A stretch of DNA of 64,000 bases from an uncultured Planctomycetia bacterium (GTDB lineage Bacteria; Planctomycetota; Phycisphaerae; FEN-1346; JAACEH01): contig CAIYVX010000082.1 of NCBI GenBank assembly GCA_903929765.1, positions 16,974-80,973 on the forward strand. Direction: 5' to 3'. The position numbers and the translations under genes were made by a program. Shown one piece after another: positions 52,604 through 59,735 of this stretch; within the stretch, counting starts at the first letter, position 1; each line of letters begins with the position of its first letter. The notes beneath the pieces were generated by a model. It worked only from the letters and a program-made list of their open reading frames with translations, was not told the DNA's origin and did no database searches.

Positions 52604-53404
52604 ATGCTCGTAGTTGCCGAACGCCTCAACTGCACCCGTAAACGCATCCGCCAGGCCGTCCTGGACAAGAACGCGGAGTTCGTCCGCGATGAGGCCACCC
52701 GCCAGGCCGCGGCCGGCGCCGCCTATATCGACGTCAACTCCGCCACCGGCGTCGACTCGGAAGTCGACGACATGAAATGGATGATCGAGCAGGTCCGCTC
52801 TGTCACCGCCCTGCCCATCAGCGTCGACACGGCCAACCCCACGGCCATGCGCGTCGGCCTGGAGCTGCACGGCCCCGGCCAGCCCATGCTCAACTCCATC
52901 ACCGGCGAAAGTGAACGCCTGAAGATCATGCTGCCTCTGGCCGCGGCGTTCCACACCAAGGTCGTCGCCCTGGCCATGGACGACACCGGCATGCCCGAAA
53001 CCATCGACGCCCGCTTCGTGGCCATCGAAAAAATTCTTGCCGCCGCCGGCCCTCTCGGCATCAAACGAGAGGACATCTACATCGACCCGCTCATCCGCCC
53101 CATCTCGACCAACCCCACCCACGCCCTGGACTGCCTGGAAACGGTGCGGCGCATCAAGGCCGAGTTCGGCCCGCTCCAGACCACCGGCGGCCTCTCCAAC
53201 GTCAGCTACGGCCTGCCCAAGCGCAACCTCATCAACCGCGTCTTCATCCCCTACATGATCCTCTCCGGCATCGACGCCGCCATCATCGACCCGCTGGAAC
53301 CCGGCATCATGGCCGCCATCTACGCCGCCGAAGCCATCCTCAACCGCGACGAATACTGCATGAACTACATCACCGCCGACCGCGAAGGACGACTGGGACT
53401 ATAG
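52604..53404 (+). CDS. Pterin-binding methyltransferase (MtrH / AcsE-like methyl-tetrahydrofolate or -methanopterin:corrinoid methyltransferase)
   Basis: MLVVAERLNCTRKRIRQAV...IDVN...IYIDPLIRPISTN...GGLSNVSYGLPKRNLINRVF aligns along its whole length with AcsE/MtrH as recalled. Confidence 0.75.
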   Translation: MLVVAERLNCTRKRIRQAVLDKNAEFVRDEATRQAAAGAAYIDVNSATGVDSEVDDMKWMIEQVRSVTALPISVDTANPTAMRVGLELHGPGQPMLNSITGESERLKIMLPLAAAFHTKVVALAMDDTGMPETIDARFVAIEKILAAAGPLGIKREDIYIDPLIRPISTNPTHALDCLETVRRIKAEFGPLQTTGGLSNVSYGLPKRNLINRVFIPYMILSGIDAAIIDPLEPGIMAAIYAAEAILNRDEYCMNYITADREGRLGL

Positions 53405-53445
53405 GCTGCGGTTGCCCTTTCTTTTTCACCCGCACCCCCTTGCCG

Positions 53446-53482
53446 GTGGGTGAAATGGTCTGGCGCAGACAGGCCATGAAAG
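53446..53482. repeat. Hairpin element family E, copy 1
   Basis: GTGGGTGAAATGGTCTGGCGCAGACAGGCCATGAAAG has a ~9-bp stem (CATGGTCYG/CRGGCCATG); a near-identical copy lies at 61696-61731. Confidence 0.6.
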
Positions 53483-53586
53483 AATAACTGTTCGCAAATA
53501 TTGTAGGGTGCGTGCTTGCACGCACCAAAATTAAAAGCTGTTTTCCGCTTGCTGTTGCCGTCGTTTCTTTTATTGAATTTTCTTCT

Positions 53587-53622
53587 TTTGAAGCCCCCAG
53601 CACTACTGGGGGATGCTGTTTC
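53587..53622. repeat. Hairpin element family F, copy 1
   Basis: TTTGAAGCCCCCAGCACTACTGGGGGATGCTGTTTC contains the CCCCCAG/CTGGGGG hairpin. It is paired with family E again at 61565-61731. Confidence 0.6.
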
Positions 53623-53647
53623 TTCTTTTTCTTAGAAATCTTTCGCC

Positions 53648-54133
53648 ATGACCAAAACTTCTTTCACCATCCGCCCCGCCACTCCCGCCGACGCCGACGC
53701 CGTCGTCGCCATGTGGCAGATCATGGTGGACCAGCACCAGGCTTACGATCGCCTGCGCTGGCGCATGAAGCCCAACGCCCCCGCCCTTTGGCGCAAGTTC
53801 TTTCTGGAAGTCCTGGCCAAAAAAGATTCCTTCGCCCTGGTCGCCGTCAACGCCACTGGTCAACCCATTGGCTATCTCGTCGCCAACATCGCCGCTCCGC
53901 CGCCGATCGTGGCCATCCGCTCCCGCGGCGATATCGGCGATCTCTTTGTCCGAAAAGAATATCGCCGCCACGGTCTCGGCCGCCGACTAATGAACCACGC
54001 CGTCAAAATCATGAAGAGCCGCGGCGCCGAATATATCAGCCTCTACGTTGCCGCCTCGAACCGCAGCGCCGTCCGTTTCTACAAAAACCTCGGCCTGAAA
54101 CCGCTCGTGCTGCAGATGTGCAATAAGTTATAA
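53648..54133 (+). CDS. GNAT-family N-acetyltransferase
   Basis: The 161-aa product carries the acetyl-CoA-binding motif RRHGLGRRLM and the GNAT beta-strand pattern. Confidence 0.85.
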   Translation: MTKTSFTIRPATPADADAVVAMWQIMVDQHQAYDRLRWRMKPNAPALWRKFFLEVLAKKDSFALVAVNATGQPIGYLVANIAAPPPIVAIRSRGDIGDLFVRKEYRRHGLGRRLMNHAVKIMKSRGAEYISLYVAASNRSAVRFYKNLGLKPLVLQMCNKL

Positions 54134-54139
54134 TGAAAC

Positions 54140-54186
54140 GTGCCACGGCGGGTCTTGTCCCGCCGTGCGAATGCGGGCCGACGCTC
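54140..54186. repeat. Hairpin element family C, copy 1 (immediately upstream of valS)
   Basis: GTGCCACGGCGGGTCTTGTCCCGCCGTGCGAATGCGGGCCGACGC has the stem CACGGCGGG/CCCGCCGTG. Its partner copy is 66 nt downstream of the valS stop. Confidence 0.65.
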
Positions 54187-54207
54187 GCTAAAAGGATAAT
54201 TGTCCCG

Positions 54208-57200
54208 ATGACCCAACCCGAAACCAACTCCACCAACCCCACCGACCTTCCCACCCAATACGACCCCAAGCTCTTCGAAAAGGAAGTTTACGCCTTCTGG
54301 GAATCTCATAACTATTTCCACGCCGACCCCGCGCGCGGCGGAAAACCCTACGCCATAGCCATCCCGCCCCCCAACGTCACTGCCGCCCTCCACCTCGGCC
54401 ACGCCCTCAACAACACCCTTCAGGACATCCTCGTCCGCTGGCGCCGCCAGCAGGGCTACAACACCCTCTGGATGCCCGGCACCGACCACGCCGGCATCGC
54501 CACCCAGGCCGTCATCGAAAAACGTCTCCTCGCCAACGAAGGCCTGCGCCGCAAAGACCTCGACCCCGACCCCGCCGTCGCCCGCACCAAGTTCGTCGCC
54601 CGCGTTCAGGCCTGGAAAGACGAGTACGAAGCCCGCATCCTCGGCCAGCTCAAAGCCATGGGCTGCTCCTGCGACTGGGACCGCACCCGCTTCACCATGG
54701 ACGAAACCTGCGCCGCCGCCGTCCGCGAAGCCTTTTTCCGCCTCTTCAAAGACGGCCTCATCTATCGCGGCAAACGCCTCGTCAACTGGGACCCCGCCAC
54801 CCAGACCGTCCTCGCCGACGACGAAGTCGAACACGAAACCGTCCAGGGAAATTTCTATTACCTCCGCTACCCGCTGGCTGAAGCCGTTGCTTTACCCAGT
54901 GACACGGGCATCTTGCCCGTGAGTCCCACGGGCGTCCCGCCCGTGGCCGCCGTTTCTTCTTCACCCAGTGGCACGGGCGTCCCGCCCGTGAGTGCCACGG
55001 GCATCTTGCCCGTGGAAGACTTGCCTGTAATCAAGCGTCAGGGTGCCAACCTGCCTCACTGGACTCAATCCGGCGCAACCTATGCCATCACGTTCCGGTT
55101 GGCCGATTCTCTCCCCGCCCAAGTCATTGAATCATGGAAGCATCACCGGGAAGAAATCGAACAAAGAGCCAACTCCCAAGGCCGCAAGATGACCTGGCAG
55201 GAGCGTAAGGAACTCCACCAACTGTACGAATCCCGCATCGACAGCATGCTGAACACCGGTCTTGGGGCGTGTTATCTCAACAATCCGGAAGTAGCCGAAA
55301 TCGTCCAGGACGCACTGAAACATTTCCACGGCGAGCGATACGAACTGATCGCCTGGTCACTCATGCCCAACCACATCCATGCCGTTCTCCGTCCTCTGGG
55401 AGAACACCATCTCGCGGACATCATCCACTCCTGGAAGTCCTTCACGGCTAAGCAAGCCAACAAAATTCTTGGACGAGAAGGACAGTTCTGGATGGAGGAA
55501 TACTACGACCACCTGATTCGCGACGAAGAGGATTTTGGCCATGCGGTAATGTACGCGATCAGCCATCCGGAGCGCGCCGGCCTGGCCGACTGGCCGTGGG
55601 TCGGACTGCAAAAAACGGCACAGGGGCAAGATGCCCCTGCGACTCACGGGCAAGATGCCCGTGCCACTGTTATAACACACATCACCGTCGCCACCACCCG
55701 ACCCGAAACCATGCTCGGCGACACCGCCGTCGCCATGAACCCCCGCGACCCCCGCGCCGCCGCTCTCGTCGGCCAGATGGTTCGCCTCCCCATCGTCGGC
55801 CGCCTCATCCCCATCATCGCCGACGAACACGTCGTCCTCCCCAACCCCGAAGGCGACGAAAAAGCCCGCTTCTCCACCGGCTTCCTCAAAGTCACACCCG
55901 CCCACGACCCCAACGACTGGGACATCGGCCAGCGCCACAAACTCCCGGCCATCAACGTCATGGCCCCCGACGGCTCAATCTCCGACAAGCACGGCTGGAC
56001 CGACTGGGACGCCGTCAAAAATCCTGATGTCGAAAAATTCATTGGCCTCGACCGCTTCATAGCCCGAAAGAAGATCGTCGACTGGTTCGGCGAAAACAAT
56101 CTTCTCGAAGAAGTCCGCCCCTACGCCCACGAAGTCGGCCACTCCTACCGCAGCCATGTCCCCATCGAACCCTACCTCTCCGACCAGTGGTTCATCGCCG
56201 TGAAAAAGCCGTTTCTTCTTCACCCCTCTCCCTCGGGAGAGGGTGGCCCTTCAGGGCCGGGTGAGGGGTTGAGGCCCTTGCCCGTTCCGACCGCGCCCGA
56301 ACTGATCCCCGGCACCGACGTGCCAGTTAATTCTTTAGCCGGCTTGGCCATCAAGCCGCTCCTCGACGGCAAACTCAAATTCGTCCCCGAGCGCTACGCC
56401 CGCAACTACCAGAACTGGCTCGAAAACCTTCGCGACTGGCCCATCTCCCGCCAACTCTGGTGGGGACACCGAATTCCAGTGTGGCAAGGAATCACTGAAT
56501 TTGGATCGAAGGTGTTTGAGGGCAAGGACACAGCAAAATCTCCATTCGGAATAGCCGGCGTAGAAGGAATACACATACAGCACAGAGATGAGGCTGGAAA
56601 ACTGGGACTGTATGCCTCGGTACCGCCCGGCCATCCAGACAAGGAAAAGAAACTGGAGGAGGCTGGCCTAACCCGCGACCCCGACGTCCTCGACACCTGG
56701 TTCTCTTCCGGCCTCTGGCCCATCTCAACCCTCGGTTGGCCGGAACAAACCGACGCGCTGAAATTCTATTACCCCACCTCCGTCCTCTGCACCGCCCGCG
56801 AAATCATCACCCTCTGGGTCAGCCGCATGGTCATGTTCGGCGAATATTTCCAGCACGACCTCCCCTTCCGCACCGTCTACATCCACGCCATGATTCAGGA
56901 CGGCGAAGGCCGCAAAATGTCCAAGAGCCTCGGCAACGGCATCGACCCCCTCGACATCATCGACTCTCACGGGGCCGACGCCATGCGCTTCACCATCGCC
57001 GCCATGACCACCGAAACTCAGGACGTCCGCATGCCGGTCGAAACCCTCACCCTCCGCGACGGCCGCACCGCCAACTCCAGCCCCAAGTTCGACCTCGGCC
57101 GCAACTTCTGCAACAAGCTCTGGAACGCCTCCCGCTTCGCCTTCATGAACCTCGCCGAACTTTCCCCCGAGCCGTTCGACCGCGCAAAAATGCTCCTCGA

Positions 57201-58053
57201 AGACCGCTGGATTCTCTCCCGCCTCACCACCACCGTCGAAGCCGCCACACAGGCCCTCGAAAAGTTCCAGTTCCACGACGCCACCGACGTGATCTACTCT
57301 TTCTTCTGGAACGATTTCTGCGACTGGTACCTCGAAATCACCAAGCCGCGCATGCGCGACGCCGCCACCAGAGCCGTCCCCCAACGCATCCTCGCCTACG
57401 CCCTCGACCGTCTCCTGCGGCTCCTCCACCCCTTCGTCCCGCACATTACCGAGCACCTCTGGACCCACTTCGCCCGCCTCGTCCCCGACCGCTCGCTCGA
57501 CTCTGCGGCCCCCGCCCCACCCGCCGAAGCCTGCATCATCGCCCTTTGGCCCGAGCCGGTCGCCGCTTTTTACGCGCCCCAGGCCGAAACCGATTTCGCC
57601 CTCGTCCAGGCCGTCATCCGCGCCATCCGCAACATCCGTTCGCGCATGAACATCGCCCCGCGCGTCCCGCTCCGCGCCGTCATCCGCTCGAGCGCCGCCG
57701 CCACCGCCCGCCTCTCCGCCGCCGCCGACACCATCCGCCACCTCGCCGCCCTCGAATCTCTTGAGGCCGACCCTGCCGCCGAAAAGCCCAAAGCCTCCGC
57801 CGCCGAAATCGTCGAAGGCCTGGAAGTCTTCGTCCCCCTCGCCGGCGTCATCGACCTCGCCACCGAGCGCGACCGCCTCGCCAAACTCTCGGCCGAGAAG
57901 GATAAGGCCCTCGACAGCGTCCGCAAAAAACTCTCGAACGAAAACTTCGTCGCCCGCGCCAAGCCCGAAATCGTCGCCAGCGAACGCGACCGCGCCGCCA
58001 AGCTCGAATCCGAACTCGCCGCCCTCACAGCCAACATGAAAGATTTGGAATAG
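54208..58053 (+). CDS. valS: Valyl-tRNA synthetase carrying two in-frame repeat-derived insertions (one is a complete REP-RAYT-REP unit)
   Basis: The HIGH (HLGH), KMSKS, TTRPETMLGD (CP1), WCISRQ-like (WPISRQLWWGHRIP) and anticodon-binding regions are present, as is the C-terminal coiled coil. The ORF is uninterrupted for 1282 codons from the chosen ATG, versus about 880-1000 aa typical. Confidence 0.93.
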   Translation: MTQPETNSTNPTDLPTQYDPKLFEKEVYAFWESHNYFHADPARGGKPYAIAIPPPNVTAALHLGHALNNTLQDILVRWRRQQGYNTLWMPGTDHAGIATQAVIEKRLLANEGLRRKDLDPDPAVARTKFVARVQAWKDEYEARILGQLKAMGCSCDWDRTRFTMDETCAAAVREAFFRLFKDGLIYRGKRLVNWDPATQTVLADDEVEHETVQGNFYYLRYPLAEAVALPSDTGILPVSPTGVPPVAAVSSSPSGTGVPPVSATGILPVEDLPVIKRQGANLPHWTQSGATYAITFRLADSLPAQVIESWKHHREEIEQRANSQGRKMTWQERKELHQLYESRIDSMLNTGLGACYLNNPEVAEIVQDALKHFHGERYELIAWSLMPNHIHAVLRPLGEHHLADIIHSWKSFTAKQANKILGREGQFWMEEYYDHLIRDEEDFGHAVMYAISHPERAGLADWPWVGLQKTAQGQDAPATHGQDARATVITHITVATTRPETMLGDTAVAMNPRDPRAAALVGQMVRLPIVGRLIPIIADEHVVLPNPEGDEKARFSTGFLKVTPAHDPNDWDIGQRHKLPAINVMAPDGSISDKHGWTDWDAVKNPDVEKFIGLDRFIARKKIVDWFGENNLLEEVRPYAHEVGHSYRSHVPIEPYLSDQWFIAVKKPFLLHPSPSGEGGPSGPGEGLRPLPVPTAPELIPGTDVPVNSLAGLAIKPLLDGKLKFVPERYARNYQNWLENLRDWPISRQLWWGHRIPVWQGITEFGSKVFEGKDTAKSPFGIAGVEGIHIQHRDEAGKLGLYASVPPGHPDKEKKLEEAGLTRDPDVLDTWFSSGLWPISTLGWPEQTDALKFYYPTSVLCTAREIITLWVSRMVMFGEYFQHDLPFRTVYIHAMIQDGEGRKMSKSLGNGIDPLDIIDSHGADAMRFTIAAMTTETQDVRMPVETLTLRDGRTANSSPKFDLGRNFCNKLWNASRFAFMNLAELSPEPFDRAKMLLEDRWILSRLTTTVEAATQALEKFQFHDATDVIYSFFWNDFCDWYLEITKPRMRDAATRAVPQRILAYALDRLLRLLHPFVPHITEHLWTHFARLVPDRSLDSAAPAPPAEACIIALWPEPVAAFYAPQAETDFALVQAVIRAIRNIRSRMNIAPRVPLRAVIRSSAAATARLSAAADTIRHLAALESLEADPAAEKPKASAAEIVEGLEVFVPLAGVIDLATERDRLAKLSAEKDKALDSVRKKLSNENFVARAKPEIVASERDRAAKLESELAALTANMKDLE
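54897..55669 (+). mobile_element. REP-RAYT-REP composite embedded in frame in valS
   Basis: Two tandem family-A REP doublets (54897-54946, 54966-55015) are followed by a RAYT-like HUH domain (~55012-55605: LPHWTQSGATYAITFRL...AWSLMPNHIHAVL...FWMEEYYDHLIRDEEDFGHAVMYAISHPERAGLADWPWVG) and one inverted family-A REP (55616-55669). The region has no stop codon and no ATG; it is contiguous with the flanking ValRS sequence. Confidence 0.8.
56208..56272 (+). repeat. Palindromic element family B, copy 4, in frame inside valS
   Basis: CCGTTTCTTCTTCACCCCTCTCCCTCGGGAGAGGGTGGCCCTTCAGGGCCGGGTGAGGGGTTGAGG is translated as PFLLHPSPSGEGGPSGPGEGLR. It sits within a ~40-aa insertion relative to the E. coli ValRS region DQWFV...FVPKQY. 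Confidence 0.75.
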
Positions 58054-58072
58054 GTGGACTCACATCCGTCGA

Positions 58073-58112
58073 ACGGGTGGCATGGCGGCCGTCGTTTGCC
58101 GCCATGTTTCGC
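58073..58112. repeat. Palindromic element family D, copy 2
   Basis: GAACGGGTGGCATGGCGGCCGTCGTTTGCCGCCATGTTTCGCC starts 20 nt after the valS stop. Confidence 0.65.
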
Positions 58113-58118
58113 CCCGGG

Positions 58119-58160
58119 TGTGCCACGGCGGGCTTGCCCCGCCGTGCGAATGCCCGCCAA
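58119..58160. repeat. Hairpin element family C, copy 2 (immediately downstream of valS)
   Basis: GTGTGCCACGGCGGGCTTGCCCCGCCGTGCGAATGCCCGCCA matches copy 1 at 54140-54186. Confidence 0.65.
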
Positions 58161-58215
58161 CCCCGGTTGCTCTAAAACGTGTTTTGATTCTTCTTTTTCT
58201 CTTTCCGCAACTCCC

Positions 58216-59607
58216 CTACCTCGGCCCCTCCCCAAAATCCAACCCGAACTTCTTCATCTTCTTATATAGCGTCGTCCGATTGATCTCCAGCACGTCGGCC
58301 GTCACCTGCCGGTTCCAGTTGTTCGCCCGCAGCGTCCGCTCGATGATCTCCTTTTCCGGCACCTCCAGCGCGTCCTTCAGCGGCCGGATCCGCCCGTCCG
58401 TCCCCGCCAGCCCCGCCTTCGGGCTTTCCCCGTGCTTGATAATCGTCGGCGGCAAATCCCCCGCCTCCACCTGCCGCCCCCGCGCCAGCACCGTCACCCG
58501 CTCCATCGCGTTTTCCAGTTCCCGCACATTCCCCGGCCAATCATACGTCTGCATTAGTTGCATCGCCTCGTTCGAGAACCCCAGGATCTTCTTCCCGTTC
58601 CGCTCACAGAACATCTTCAGAAAATGGTCTGCCAGGAGCGGTATGTCGCTCAGCCGCTCCCGCAGCGACGACAACTCAATCGCCACCACGTTGATCCGGT
58701 AATACAAATCCTGCCGGAACTTCCCATCATGCACATCCTGCAACAGGTCGCGATTCGTCGCCAGAATCACCCGCACATCGCTCTTGATGGTCTCCGATCC
58801 GCCCACCCGCTCGAACTCGAACGTCTGTAGCACGCGCAGCAACTTCACCTGAAACGCCGGGCTGGCGGTGGAAATTTCGTCCAGAAAAATCGTCCCCGTG
58901 TTGGCGATCTCAAACTTGCCTTGCCGGTCCGCCACCGCCCCGGTGAACGATCCCTTCGTATGCCCGAACAGTTCCGACTCCAGCAGCGTCTCCGGCAGAG
59001 CCCCGCAGGCCACTTCTATGAAGGGCCGGGCGTTGCGGCTGGACCGCTGGTGAATCGTCCGCGCGATCATGCTCTTGCCCGTCCCGCTCTCGCCGGTGAT
59101 CAGCACCGTCGCCCGCGAATCCGCCACCGCCTCGATCAGGTCGAAAACTCTCAGCATCTTATAATCGTTCCCGATCACGTTGTCGAGCGAGTAACGCATG
59201 TTCAACTGTTGCCGCAGGTTCCGGTTTTCCCCCACCAGGGCCTGCTGTTTCATCGCCCGCTCGATGACCAGTTTGATCTCGTCGTCGATAATCGGCTTGG
59301 TCAGATAATCATATGCCCCCAGCTTGATCGCATCGACCGCCGACTCAATCGTCCCGTACCCCGTAATCATAATCACCGCCGCGTCCGCGTGCCGGTTCTT
59401 GCAGACCTTCAGCAACTCGAACCCGTCCACTCCCGGCATGTTCACGTCGGTAATGACCACGTTGAACGGTTTGGTGTCGAGCCAACTGATCGCCGACTCG
59501 AACTTCTCCGCCGTCTCGACCTCGTACCCTTCCAGCCGCAAAAACTCGCACAGGCTGGTCAGAATAATCCGGTCGTCATCGACCACCAGAATGCTTCCCT
59601 TAGCCAC
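58216..59607 (-). CDS. Sigma-54-dependent response regulator (NtrC/Fis family)
   Basis: It has a receiver domain (DDD...K), an AAA+ sigma54-interaction domain (GESGTGKS, GAFTGA-like GSFTGA, ESELFGH) and a C-terminal Fis HTH. Confidence 0.93.
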   Translation of the reverse strand: MAKGSILVVDDDRIILTSLCEFLRLEGYEVETAEKFESAISWLDTKPFNVVITDVNMPGVDGFELLKVCKNRHADAAVIMITGYGTIESAVDAIKLGAYDYLTKPIIDDEIKLVIERAMKQQALVGENRNLRQQLNMRYSLDNVIGNDYKMLRVFDLIEAVADSRATVLITGESGTGKSMIARTIHQRSSRNARPFIEVACGALPETLLESELFGHTKGSFTGAVADRQGKFEIANTGTIFLDEISTASPAFQVKLLRVLQTFEFERVGGSETIKSDVRVILATNRDLLQDVHDGKFRQDLYYRINVVAIELSSLRERLSDIPLLADHFLKMFCERNGKKILGFSNEAMQLMQTYDWPGNVRELENAMERVTVLARGRQVEAGDLPPTIIKHGESPKAGLAGTDGRIRPLKDALEVPEKEIIERTLRANNWNRQVTADVLEINRTTLYKKMKKFGLDFGEGPR

Positions 59608-59628
59608 GTTTACATCCTTTCCTTGTTA

Positions 59629-59677
59629 CAGTGGCACGGGCGTCTCGCCCGTGAGTCGCAGGGGCATCTTGCCCCTG
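59629..59677 (+). repeat. REP family A, copy 7
   Basis: CAGTGGCACGGGCGTCTCGCCCGTGAGTCGCAGGGGCATCTTGCCCCTG lies between the histidine-kinase and response-regulator genes. Confidence 0.7.
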
Positions 59678-59697
59678 CTTACTGTTTTTGTTTCTTC

Positions 59698-59735
59698 AAT
59701 TTTTAATTTTTCATTTTTAACTTTTAATTTCCCTT
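59698..59735. repeat. AT-rich element J, copy 2
   Basis: CAATTTTTAATTTTTCATTTTTAACTTTTAATTTCCC overlaps the histidine-kinase stop codon. Confidence 0.5.

Noticed and set aside
54133-54207. A 25-codon N-terminal extension of valS (MKRATAGLVPPCECGPTLAKRIIVP) and the similar peptide at 58082.
   Set aside because: Both are translations of the family-C hairpin element. The ORF finder evidently accepts GTG/TTG starts and reports them as M. The conserved ValRS N-terminus begins at the ATG at 54208.
55012-55605. Annotating the valS-embedded RAYT as an independent CDS.
   Set aside because: There is no ATG and no in-frame stop before the valS terminator. An independent product cannot be delimited, so it is reported as a mobile-element-derived in-frame segment of valS.
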